A stretch of 64,000 bases of DNA from Podarcis muralis. Lineage: Eukaryota. How positions within the stretch are numbered: position 1 is the first letter of the stretch; every line of letters starts with the position of its first letter. The DNA lies in NCBI RefSeq assembly GCF_964188315.1, contig NC_135673.1:18352001-18416000 (forward strand), written 5' to 3'. Shown piece after piece: positions 10,507 through 21,660 of this stretch. The position numbers and the translations under genes were made by a program. The notes under the pieces were generated by a model. That model worked only from the letters and a program-made list of their open reading frames with translations. It had not been told where the DNA came from and made no database searches.

Positions 10507-10585
10507 CGGCATTTCATGCACCGTGGGGGGTTTCCCGCCGTAGTCCATGTTGGTGGTCCTGAACAGTGGGTTGGGCTCCTTAAAT
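10507..10585 (-). CDS. PIERCE1: PIERCE1 exon 2
   Basis: gtctttcAG | (R)FKEPNPLFRTTNMDYGGKPPTVHEMP | GTATGA; 79 nt; PTVHEMP is the recalled PIERCE1 signature. Confidence 0.92.
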
Positions 10586-11210
10586 CTGAAAGACAGGATT
10601 CCAGTTGAATGTAGGTAATCACACGTTTCCTAATACTATTAGGACAACCAATGTTGGCAGAAGAATTGGTCATATATATGATCTTGGCAGCTCGGACAGT
10701 AATTGCAATTCAGTGGGGGGGGGACCCCCAAAACTGGCACTGGACACAGTGCCACTCACTCTGGAACAGAGCTAAAATGGAGAAAATTACATATGATTTG
10801 TGATTCCAACAGGGACTAGAACTTCCGGACACCTTTTATATGATTTGGCATTCCTTTATGACGTAAACAGCAGAACCATCATTTTCAGGACAAGCCTGGC
10901 AAATGTGGAAGTAGTCTTTACTAGCAGTTGTGCAACTGGATTTGTTATGTGCCTACTTTGTAGTTCCATTTTTCATGTTTTCATTTGCATCTGCTATAAC
11001 GGTTCTCTTTGTTTTATATACCGGTACATGATAAAATGATATTTAATCATATTTACAAAAAGAAAAAAGCAGGCACTGACTGGCAGCTGCTCTCCAGAGT
11101 TTGAGGCAAGGTTCTTCTCTCCTCCCCCCCCCCCCCCCGCAACCTGGTGATTCCTTGAGGGGAGGGCACATCTGTTTGCAAAGCAGGTGCCCACCATCCA
11201 TCCCTCTCAC

Positions 11211-11356
11211 CTGTAGCCCCGGAACCATCCAGGGTTGTTGAATCGGCGAGGCAAGGTTGGCTCCACTCTGTAGTAATCAGAGGTTCTCTGGCCCACCTCC
11301 CCATCCTTTTTCTCAAGGGAGACTGTTGTGTCTGGGCAATGCTGTTCCTGGGACAT
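11211..11356 (-). CDS. PIERCE1: PIERCE1 first coding exon
   Basis: ATG at 11356; MSQEQHCPDTTVSLEKKDGEVGQRTSDYYRVEPTLPRRFNNPGWFRGY(R); donor AG|GTGAGA; 146 nt, phase 2. The joined CDS is 137 aa. Confidence 0.92.
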
Positions 11357-12719
11357 TGCAGAGAGTAGGGGCGTTGGGGGGGGGGGTTGTAACTCTCTTT
11401 CTGAAAGCCAGCAGTGAGGGCGGGGGAGTGGAAGGAAAGAACCCAGACCTCAAAGATGGTGGTTGGTTCTTGTGTAGAAACAAAGCCACTGGGTTGCTAG
11501 GAGACCGTACCAAACAGGAACAGCTCTTAAAGGGACCAGCATCCGATTTGGACACCTTTCCAAGAATATCTGTATGGATTTGACACCCAGTAATACTAGG
11601 CAGTGTTGTGTGGTAGTTAGAGCAAGGTTCAAATCCCCACTCAGCCAGGAAGCTCATTCAGTGACCTTGGGCCTGTCACTGACTCTTAGCCCAATCTACC
11701 TCACAGGGCTGTTGCACACCACCTGGAGCTCCTTGGAAGAAAGATGGGCTGTAAATCAAATTCATAATACACAGGACAGGACCACCAAGTCCCACCCACC
11801 TCCACCTCTGGATTGATAGTGGGTCAAACCACTGGTTCATCTAGCTCCATATTGCATACACTGACTGGCAGCAGCTCTCCATGGTTTCAGATGAGAGGTT
11901 CTTAGCCCTATCTTGAGATGCCAGTGGGGATTGAACCTGGGACCTTCTGAATGCAAAGCAGGTGCTCAACCACTGAGCTATAGCCCTTCCCCTGAAAATA
12001 AAGTAAGATTCTAGAGCTCCTAGCCCTGAAAAAAAGCCTGCATTAGAACAGGAGCATGGGTCCATATAGCTCTGTGCTGTCTACACTGAGTGGTAGCAGC
12101 TTCTCAGGGCTTCAGACATAAGGCATTCCCCAACCCTACCTGGAAATGTTTCAGTGAGCATTGAACCTGAGACCTTCTGCATGCAAAGCAGATGCTCAAC
12201 CACTGAAGTATGGCTTTTCCACTGAAAATGAACTAAGATTCTAGCCCTCATGGTTCTGAATAAAAGGCTGAATTAAATAAGAGGAAACTGCATTAAACCA
12301 ATCAGGATATTTGTCCATCTAGATTAGTATTGTCAGCACTGACTGACAGAGACTTTCCTAGTGGTGGTGGTTTGAATTTCTATACCCGGTTCCTGCTGGT
12401 CTTTTAGTGGGGCAGGGTTGAATTGGATCTGCTTAATAATATATATATGTATTAAATTTGGGGAAGAGTCCTAGTTTGGTGGTAGATAATCTGCTTTGCG
12501 TACAAAAGGTCCCAGGTTCAGTCCCCAATGGCATCTCCAGGTAGCCCTGGAAGAACCTCTCTCCCGGAAACCCAGGGGAGCAGCTGTCAGTTGTCAACAC
12601 AAAGCAAGGTGGAGCAAAGTCTTGATTGAGCATAAGGCAGCTTGCCCTGTTCCTATCAATAAGATGTATTATTTGATGACCCTTTCGGGTTGTTTTGAAT
12701 GCTTGTTTTTGTAAGTTAG

Positions 12720-13150
12720 GTCTCTGAGCCAGGCGTGACAAAAAAAAGGGGGCCTTGGAGATCCGCATTCACCGCGCACGATTCACTTCGTTCTGTAAAG
12801 CTGCATTGGCGGGGAGGGAATTGCGTTTGAGTCCGCTTTGCGCTTTTGCAACAGCAGGTGGAGCTGCTACGCGCAGGGACAGGCGGCCTCTCTCTCCCTC
12901 CCTCCCTCCCTCCCTCCGACCTTCCTTCCTTCCTTCCTGCGGCCAGGAGAGGCATGATGGCGGCGCCCAGGCTCCTCCGAGGAGCAGCGGCAGGTAAGAA
13001 AAAGGAAGGGCAAACGCGGCGGGCAAAGGTTCCTCCCGCTGGGCGCCCCGCGCAAAGCAGTTTTTACGCCTGCAACGCAGGAGGAGGAGGAGGTGCAAAA
13101 CAGCCTGCCTCCAAGCGCGATGCAGAACCCAAGCCCCGCGTGCACGCGTG
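12720..13150. promoter_or_regulatory. CpG island at the MRPS2 start, head-to-head with PIERCE1
   Basis: CpG-rich stretch spanning MRPS2 exon 1. Confidence 0.75.
12954..12993 (+). CDS. MRPS2: MRPS2 exon 1 (start of mitochondrial targeting peptide)
   Basis: ATGATGGCGGCGCCCAGG...GCAG|GTAAGA; MMAAPRLLRGAAA; phase 1. Either tandem ATG could be the start. Confidence 0.8.
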
Positions 13151-13377
13151 TACGGAAAGGAAAAAAGCACGTTGTACATGCTCCAGAACTGCAGAATCGG
13201 GGTTAGGGGGTTCTCATACTCTTCTGTAGGGAAGGAAATTGGAGACGGGACTACAAACCATAATGCATACTTGAGGACTTAAGAAGTGCCTGGCTGCTGG
13301 ATCAGGCAAGGGGGCCCCATCTAGTCCAGCATCCTGTTCAGGCAGTGGCCAAACTTCCCTCAAAACCTAGGGATCTA

Positions 13378-14012
13378 GATAGACTCCCTCTGGACCTGGA
13401 CAAATATAAGATAGAGGACACCTATCTTGCCAGTAGTATGTGCGAAAAGGATCTTGGAGACTTATAAGACTACAAGCTGAACATGAGTCAACAGTGTGAT
13501 GCAGCAGCAAAAAGCACTAATGCTACTCTAGGCTGCATCAACAAAAGTATAGTGTGCCGACTGTAGAAAGTAATAGTCCTGCCTTATTCTGTCTTGGTCA
13601 GAGCACACTTGGTGTACTGTGTCCAGTTCTGGGCAATACCATTTAGGAAGAGGAGGGTGACCAAGATGATGAAGGGTCTGGAAACCAAGCCTTATGGTGA
13701 ACAGTTGAGGGAATTGGGTATATTTAGCCTGGAAAAGAGGAGACCGAGAGGACATATGATAGCCATCTTCAGTTATCTAAAGGGCTGTCACATGGAAGGT
13801 GGAGCAAGCTTGTTTTCTCTTGCTCCAGAGGCTGGGAACCAAATCAATGGATTCAAGTTTAGAAGACTGGCTAAGCACCAGGAAGAGCATTATGACTGTA
13901 AGAACTGTTCGACAGTGGAACAGGCTCCCTCGAGGTGGTGGGTTCTCCTTGGAGGTTTTTAAGCAGAGGTTGGATGACCATTTGTCATGTATATTTTAGT
14001 TGAGATTCCTGC
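13378..14012 (+). mobile_element. CR1 LINE 3' fragment (RT C-terminus and 3'UTR), with internal deletions
   Basis: Translates as HLVYCVQFW...RVTKMMKGLETKPYGEQLRELGIFSLEKRR, typical of CR1 ORF2; ends with gagattcctgca. Confidence 0.9.
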
Positions 14013-14175
14013 ATAAATTCTGTGCTGTGCCAAGAAGTACTTTTATCTGTCTGAACCTTCTAGTTACCATGCTCGTATATTTCAGAAGTTTGTTGTGACT
14101 TACCTTCTACAAAATTGTGGTGTCCCCCCACCCTCACCCCCACCCCGGTTTCTCTCTACTCTCTGCCTGGATCAG

Positions 14176-14280
14176 TCCTTCCCAGACTTTGCAGCTTGGG
14201 CGCTTGGACCAAGACTCCTCCCACTCTTCAGAGGCTTTATACGACTCTTCCAGCAACAAGTCCAGAAGAAGCTCCCACTG
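14176..14280 (+). CDS. MRPS2: MRPS2 exon 2
   Basis: Pyrimidine tract ...ggatcAG | (V)LPRLCSLGAWTKTPPTLQRLYTTLPATSPEEAPT | GTGAGC; 105 nt, phase 1 to 1. Low-conservation presequence region. Confidence 0.72.
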
Positions 14281-14839
14281 GTGAGCATCGCTGGGGAAAG
14301 AGGAGGGTGGGATTGCTGCTGATGGGAGCCCTGGATTTGGCCCTGGGATTCAAAGCCACTCCAGTCACAAGTTGTGGCTGGATTGGGACGGGGGAGGGAT
14401 CCTAGGCCATTTCAATCCTCTCTTCCATTCAGAAAAGGGCGGGGAGGGGGAGGTGTTGACGAAAGGACCCTATGAGAACTGGTCCTGCTGAATCAGGCCC
14501 AAGGGGGCCTGTCTAGCCCGGCTTCTCTGTGGCCAACCAGATGCCCCAACAGGAAGCCCGTGGGCAGGACCCAAGCACAAGAGCCCTCTCCCCCTGCTGT
14601 GGTTTCCAGCAACTGGGATTCAGAAGCAGCATAGCCATAATGGTTAGTAGCCATTTCTATGAATTTCAAAGCCACTGAAAGGGTAGCCCTAAAGGGTTGT
14701 GGGGCGAATAGCTGGCAAATCAAGAGGAGCTGTGATGTTTTTGTGTAAGGTTTTGTTGCAATTCCCAAAGATTTCCTCTCCTGTGCTATGTCATTTGGCA
14801 ACTGAGTTTGAGCCAATTAGCCATTTTCCCCTCTTTCAG

Positions 14840-14969
14840 TCGATTATGACAGGCTCCTAGGGGAGCCCCTGAAAAACCCTGATTTCTTCAACGTGCAAGA
14901 GCTCTTCTCCTTAAAGGACCTCTTTGATGCCAGAGTCCACCTGGGCCACAAGAAGGGTTGCCGCCACAG
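14840..14969 (+). CDS. MRPS2: MRPS2 exon 3
   Basis: ctctttcAG | [42 protein letters not shown](R) | GTCAGT; uS2 signature ARVHLGH. Confidence 0.95.
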
Positions 14970-15902
14970 GTCAGTGATTCTACCAGTTTTCTTGTAAACA
15001 GTGGTTTAATAGCATGTCAGACCCTTGATGCATAGCTATGGCTTGTCTCCTAAAAATAAAATAAGATTCTAGTCCTCATGGCTCTGAAGAAAGGGCTGAA
15101 TCAAACAGAAGCAAAGGTCCATCTGGCTTAGTACTGTCAACGCTGCACACTGCCTACACTGACTGGCAGCAGCTCTCCAGGGGACATTCTTGGCTGAGAA
15201 GTGGCCCTTCCCCTAATAAGAAAATAAAACTCTTGTCCTCATCATTCTGGAGAAAAAGTTGGATGAAATAGGGATATAAGAACTACCTTGTAACCGAGGC
15301 AAGCCAGTTGCCCATCTAGCTCAGTATTGTTTACACTATCTGGCAGCTGTGACATGCCAGGTTTTCATATGGAACATTCCCTGCCCTACCTGAAGATGCC
15401 ATTGGAGACTGAACCTGCAAAGCAGATGCCATGGCATTGAGCCATGGTCTTTTTCTTAGACACTAAATAAGATTCTTATCATTCTCAGTAAAAGACTGAG
15501 TTAATGGATTGCAGCCTGTGGCAGTTTTTCTCATTCTAGAACCACCGAAATGAATGGGCTCAAGCATCTCCTCCACATTTCATCCTCACAACAACCCTGT
15601 GAGGTAGGTTAGGCTGAGAGCGAGTGACTGGCCCAAGATCACCTGATGGCCGAGTGCGGGGGGGGGGGCGGTCCTTGTCCTACACTCTAAACACTACACC
15701 ACACTGGTTCTCATGCATTAAGACACCCTGCAGGTTGACAGGTCCCAAGTTGTGAAGGGCTTTATGTTCTAGTAGATAGATAGAGAGATACACATACACG
15801 AGAGAGAGAGAGATTTTGAGGTGTGTCAAGTCTCCCATGGCTTTACGAAGACCAAAAACCAATCCCCACCACTGCTCACGTTTGGCCTCTTGTCTCCTGC
15901 AG

Positions 15903-16440
15903 ATTCATGGAGCCATACATTTTTGGGTGCCGCCTCGATCAGGACATCATCAACCTGGAACAGACGATGGTACACCTCCAGCTTGCCCTCAACTTCATGG
16001 CTCACGTCGCCTACCGCAAAGGCATAATCCTCTTCATCAGCCGGAACCGTCAGTTTTCCCACCGGATAGAGGCCACTGCCAAGGAATGCGGCGAATATGC
16101 TCACACTCGCTACTGGCAGGGCGGCCTGATGACCAATGCCGATGTCCAGTATGGGCTGGGTGTCCGCCTGCCTGACCTGATCATCCTCACCAACACCCTC
16201 ACCAATGTCTTCGAGCCCCACATGGCCATCCGGGACGCAGCTAAGATGAACATCCCCACGGTGGGCGTGGTAGACACGAACTGCAACCCAACCCTGATCA
16301 CCTACCCCATTCCGGGTAATGACGACACCCCCTCGGCTGTCGAGCTCTACCTCCGGCTCTTCAAGATGACCATCATGAGAGCGAAGGACAAGCGGAGGCA
16401 GATGGAGGTCTTGTGCAGAGGGCAGGACAAGCCTTGCTAA
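15903..16440 (+). CDS. MRPS2: MRPS2 exon 4 (mitoribosomal protein uS2m), last coding exon
   Basis: tctcctgcAG | [21 protein letters not shown]...[25 protein letters not shown]...GQDKPC*. The joined CDS is 813 nt (270 aa). Confidence 0.97.
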
Positions 16441-16549
16441 GGAGGCCGGAGCGGCTTGGTGGGAAACCATCCTCCCCCTACTCCTGAAAAATTCACTAGC
16501 TGGTCCCAGGTGCAAAATCTGTCAGACTGTCTTGGCTACAGGCAACTGA

Positions 16550-16877
16550 GCCACATTCACAGCATGTGTTTAAAACACCACGGTACCATTTTAGAGCCAT
16601 GGTTTCTCAAAAGAACCCTAGGAACTGTGGTTTGTTAAGACTGCTGAGAGTTGCTAGGAGGCTCCCTATTCCCCTCCCAGAGCTACAATTTGCAGAGTGG
16701 TTTAACAGTCAATCCCTCTTCCCAGGGAGGTCTGGAAATTATAGCTCTGTGGGAGGGAAGAGGGGTCTCCTAACTCTCAGCACCCTGAACAAGCTAAAGT
16801 TCCCAGGGTGCTCTGAGTAAATCCATGACTGTTTGAAGTGGTATCACAACACTTCAAACGTCTGGTGTGAATGTGGC
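16550..16877. mobile_element. Palindromic MITE (possibly PIF/Harbinger-derived); related copies near 16900-17210, 25520-25970, 48720-48860, 52320-52490
   Basis: Terminal arms gccacattcaca / tgtgaatgtggc with extensive internal self-complementarity. Confidence 0.65.
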
Positions 16878-17383
16878 CTGTGTTAGGTCCTGTCTATACA
16901 TTTCAAAGCATTCTTAACACCACTTCAAACAGCTGCAACTTCCCCCAAAAAATCCTGAGAACTGTAGTGTGTTCAGGTTGCTGCAAGATAAAAGGAGACC
17001 ATTCTGTTCCCCCTCCCAGAACTATAATTCTCAAGCGTTCCCTGTGAACAAGGATTTATTGTTAAATCGCTCTGGGAATTGTAGTTCTGAATAGTGTGGA
17101 GGGTGTCTCCTAACAGCTCTCAGCACCCTTAACACACTATAGGTTATAGGATTCTTTTGGGGGAAGCCATGAATGTTCAGAGGGGCAAGAGATTGCTTTA
17201 ATTGTGTGTTTTAAGCATGGCCTCAGGTTGTGATTCAAAGCATGCTTGCAAGAAAGCAAATGGATGCATACCACGTATAACCCTGAGGTTATTATCCCAG
17301 GAAACTTCCGCCTAGAGTGCAATAACTTTCCTTCAACCCCACAAGACATGCCATTCTGCCTCGCCTTTGCTGTACATCTTGAC

Positions 17384-17519
17384 CAGGCTTCCTCAACCTC
17401 GGCCCTCCAGATGTTTTGAGACTACAATTCCCATCATCCCTGACCATTGGTCCTGCTAGCTAGGGATCATGGGAGTTGTAGGCCAAAAACATCTGGAGAG
17501 CCGAGGTTGAGGAAGCCTG
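17384..17519. mobile_element. 136-bp hairpin hAT MITE
   Basis: TIR caggcttcctcaacctcggc / gccgaggttgaggaagcctg; near-perfect 8-bp TSD atcttgac / gtcttgac. Confidence 0.85.
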
Positions 17520-18617
17520 GTCTTGACTGTCCCATCTTCAGTTTTAAAGCAACAGCAGCTCTGAAGCAGGACGTGTATCTGAAAAAGTTAATTGTGGGAA
17601 GGGGATAGCTTACAGCATTTCCTAGGACAGCAGGAGTGGGAAACATCTGGGGCCGTGCAGGTGCTTCTGACCACTGGCCACTCTGGCTGGGGTTGCTGCA
17701 AGCTAGAGTCCATCAACATCTGGAGGGCCACAGATTCCCCAGACACAGCCCAGACTGTCCCAAAGTATGGGTAGAGAGCAGTGGTAGACTGGGCCAAATG
17801 CCTTTGCTTCTGCATTGGAAGTTGTTTCTCTCTTGCACCCTTTTTTCAACCTTATGTATGTTTTCCTTATAAAAAATAAAGATATGTTTGCAAACAAGCA
17901 TTTATGTATTTAATTAACAACATAAAAAGAGCCCTGCTGCTGAATCTGGCCAAAGGGGCCCATCTAGTCCAGCATCCTGTTCTCCCAGCTGCCACTTAGA
18001 TGCTTATTATGGGGATCCCCCAAGCAGGATCCGAGCCCAAGAGCAGCCTCTCCCTTCCTGCAGTTTCCAGTGACTGGTATTCAGAAGCATCACTGCCTCC
18101 AACCATGGAGGCCAAAGGATAGCTACAATGGCTAGTAGCCACTGACAGCCATCTCCACCCTGAATTTGTCCAGTCCTGTTTTAAAGCTGTCCAAGTTGGT
18201 TATCAATGCCTCCTGCGAGAGCAAGTTCCACAGTTTTAACTGGAATAATTAATCTAATTAGTTTGTGTGAGGGTTTTTTAAAAAACCCTGTCCTTTCTCA
18301 AGGCAGCGTTGAAATTAGCAAGCAGGGGAGATGTGCCAGTCTTGTTTCCAACATTGTGTATTACCTGGAGTTCCTACTCTCATTTTATACCTGCTGACCA
18401 GAAGCCTGTGCTCCTCTTTCTGTTTTCCGACTCTGCCTTCTGTTTATCTACTCGAGCGTCAAATGGCTCTTAGCACCAGAAAGTTACTCCTAAGGTTTAG
18501 TTGGTTGGAATCTCGATTCTTGCAATTTGGATCAGTTGGTTCAGGTCCTTTCCTCTGGAGCAGCAGAAAATAGGCTTGCTCTGTCTTCCAGGTGGGAGTC
18601 ATTTAGGTATTCTTACA

Positions 18618-18815
18618 GTATTCCATGCGCTCTGGTTTCCGTCACAGTGTTCTGTTGCGCCAGAAGCGGTTTAGTCATGCTGGCCACATGACCCAGAAAG
18701 CTGTCTGTGGACAAATGCCAGCCCCCTTGGCCTGAAAGTGAGATGAGCGCTGCAACCCCATAGTCGCCTTTGACTGGACTTAACCGTCCAGGGGTTCTTT
18801 GCCTTTTTACCTATA
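18618..18815 (+). mobile_element. Sauria SINE 3' part
   Basis: ccagaagcggtttagtcatgctggccacatgaccc...gactggacttaaccgtccagggg...cctttttacc. Confidence 0.8.
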
Positions 18816-19304
18816 CAGTAGATGTCTGAACCCACCTGCATGTCCAAGCACTCATGTGTGTTCATACACACACTGACAAGAGGTTTAGGATCCTGTCAGT
18901 TAGGACATGCACTTGTTATGAATATGTGTTTACCTTTAACCTTATGCCAAATATTAAGCTTTCACACTAAAGGAATAAAAAGCTTGGTTTGTTATATGAA
19001 ATAGAAGTGACAGAATGTATATAAATGCTGCTTCAGATGGCTAAATAAACAGTTTGTGAGGCAACATCTCACAATAAATACATACACACCTTGATCGAAA
19101 GAGTAACAGAAATACCTATTCTCAAAAAGCCTGTAGAAAAGTGAGCTTGGCAATTTTGCCACTGAAACCCACACTAAATAGCAAAGCAGAAATGGAAAGC
19201 GAACACTACCTGTTCTTAAGCACGTGTATGCTGATCTTGAGAGCCTTGCATAAGTTCTGTTGAAGCTAGCAAACTGACTACTTGGGAATTGGGGGTTTAA
19301 AATA

Positions 19305-19530
19305 CAATGGTACCTCGGGTTAAGTACTTAATTCATTCTGGAGGTCCGTTCTTAACCTGAAACTGTTCTTAACCTGAAGCACCACTTTAGCTAATGGGGC
19401 CTGCTGCTGCTGCCGCACCGCCGGAGCACGATTTCTGTTCTCATCCTGAAACAAAGTTCTTAACCCGAGGTACTATTTCTGGGTTAGCGGAGTCTATAAC
19501 CTGAAGCGTATGTAACCCAAGGTACCACTG
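19305..19530. mobile_element. 226-bp Tc1/mariner MITE
   Basis: TIR ca(a/g)tggtacctcgggtt / aacccaaggtaccactg with flanking TA; same family as 57151-57376 and 58580-58805. Confidence 0.88.
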
Positions 19531-19884
19531 TAATATTGAACTAATACCTCCTAGTAGAGAAGTGAGGGGCTTTGAAATGGAACAGTTCCTGCCCATTTCT
19601 CACCTTTGTCCATCTAGTGAAAAAATGGCTAAAACTGGTCATCCAGTTTGCTTCCCACTCTGATGTTTTGCTTAACAAAAGGATGAAAGCCTGTGATAGT
19701 GAGCCATTAACTGTACCTGGCCATCTTTTCATCTGCTCTCTGCCTTATCTCTTTCCTGCTGGTGAAAGTGCTTATAAGGGATATACACACACACACACAC
19801 GTAAAAATAATAGTGCAACACTTTTGAGTTCAGTGGGGCTTACCCTCAGGTAACTGTCCATGCAGGATAGCAAGAAATGATGAA

Positions 19885-20232
19885 ACTTACCGGAAGAATC
19901 AAGAAATCAAGATAACAAACTTTTTATAAAAGACTATTGACAGATAAATTACAGATAAGATCATTGGCAGGATAAGATAACAGATAAGATCATTGGCAGG
20001 ATTATTGTAATAACCTGCAGTTTTATAAGAGTATATATTTAAAGCAGATGAATAAATGAGCAAATTAAGTTAATTTGGATATGCAGAGGATATTAAAAAA
20101 TTTAAGGAACCGCAGAAAGGGGGGGAAGGAAGTCAAGCTTTTAAATGTTAAAATGATTGTAAAATTAGTGGAATGTATAAAACTAGTGAAATGTTTAAAC
20201 TTGAAAAGTATAAATAAAATTTGTAAAATTCG
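19885..20232 (+). mobile_element. L1/Tx1-type LINE 3' fragment with an internal 29-bp-period duplication
   Basis: LTGRIKKS/NQDNKLFIK-like ORF2 end, ..QIRSLAGLL*, then an A-rich 3'UTR; similar to the minus-strand copy near 29210-29560. Confidence 0.6.
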
Positions 20233-21050
20233 GAGGGTGGGGAGAACAGTCTTCCACGCTCGGCCAGATTTTTCCCACCTGGTAACTTGGAGGCTGAAAA
20301 GATCTGGTTCATCCTACTAGGCTTTTCAGAGCTGGCCCTTGATGCCTTGCTGGATTCCAGAATGGCATCAACCAATCGTATTTGCAGCATGTCCTGGAAT
20401 CCTTACCTGTCTCCTTGTTCACACTTTGGGCTGTAGGCTCTTCCTCGCAACATTCATGGTTTTCCTCAGTTTCTTCAGGAAGGGATAAATAAGGAGCTTA
20501 ATGTCAGCACCCTCAAAAAAACAAGTAACCTCTCTGAGCAGTGTTTTTTATTGCCTGGGTAGGGATCCATTGAATTCCTATCCTACGTACAAACTTTTGT
20601 TTGAGGGAGTTGTGTTGTCCTACTCCCCTGTCATACATAGATTCACTCCTTGGAATTAAAATTGGGCTCTCGCAGCTCTCAGGGGTCCCCATTTTTATCC
20701 ACAACTCAGCGCGCTTCATCAGGATAAAGTTGTGCTATCCCCACACCTTTTCTCGTGCCTAAACTTCATTCAGATGTAAGATGCATAACTGGTAAGCTGA
20801 GCAGAGCTGATTGTGCATCAAAAACCAGCCACACAAATACAATCACAAATAAAACGCCTTAAGTTAATTATACGTTCCAAAGTTACTCTCACTGGTTTCT
20901 CAAAGGTGATCCTTCCTTGCCAGAGGTGACCTGATTAAAACGCCTTTCCCGGTTTCTCTTTGCAGGATGGGAAATAACAGCATAGGTCAGCATTCCAGGC
21001 TAATAAGCTCACGTTCCCTGAGCTGTGGTGAGAGAATCTCCTGTGACACC

Positions 21051-21185
21051 CATGCCCCAACAGGCATTGCAGCTCTGGCTGATGTGCCACAGTTGTGTCA
21101 GTAGGTGGCAGAAAGGAACAGACTATGTCTACGCTCAGTGTTCTGCAACCTGTGAGAATTCAGAATGATTAGTAGCCTGACAGGT
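21051..21185 (+). ncRNA. SNORA17: H/ACA box snoRNA, SNORA17 (ACA17/ACA43) family
   Basis: 135 nt, two hairpins, H box AAAGGA at 21112-21117, ACA at 21180-21182 three nt from the predicted end. Blocks ggcattgcagct, tgtgtcagtaggtggcaga and ctatgtctacgctcagtgttctg closely resemble recalled human SNORA17. Syntenic next to DIPK1B. Confidence 0.85.
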
Positions 21186-21308
21186 GTCCCCAACTTCCTC
21201 AAATGTGATATTAAGGTTCCTGCAAAAATCATGTTCTGTCTGTCCAAAATTGAGGGGTCTTAGCAAGTTTCTAGTCTTCATGGTTCTGAATAAAGGGCTG
21301 AATTATAA

Positions 21309-21660
21309 GGGATGCAGGTGGCACTATGGGTTAAACCACAGAGCCTAGGACTTGCCGATCAGAAGGGTGGCAGTCCGAATCCCCGTGACTGAGTGAGCTC
21401 CCGTTGCTCGGTCCCTGCTCTTGCCAACCTAGTAGTTTGAAAGCACGTCAAAGTGCAAGTAGTTAAATAGGTACCGCTCCAGCAGGAAGGTAAACGGCAT
21501 TTCCATGCGCTGCTCTGGTTTGCCAGAAGCAGCTTAGTCATGCTGGCCACATGACCCGGAAGCTGCACGCTGGCTCCCTCGGCCAATAAAGCAAGATGAG
21601 CACCGCAACCCCAGAGTCGGCCACGACTGGACCTAATGGTCAGGGATCCCGTTACCTTTA
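21309..21660 (+). mobile_element. Sauria SINE, near full length
   Basis: gggatgcaggtggcactatgggttaaaccacagagcc head through gactggacctaatggtcagggatcccgttaccttt tail. Confidence 0.88.

Noticed and set aside
10800-11000. Minus-strand peptide SKDYFHICQACPEN resembling PIERCE1 SDYYRV
   Set aside because: Bounded by stops with no splice sites; the true exon 1 is at 11211-11356.
15826-16515. 229-aa ORF antisense to MRPS2 exon 4, and 237-aa ORF 27383-28096 antisense to DIPK1B exon 5
   Set aside because: Shadow ORFs from the codon bias of the real exons.
19942-20002. Cluster of five GATAA (GATA-factor-like) motifs
   Set aside because: Produced by a small duplication inside an L1 3' fragment.
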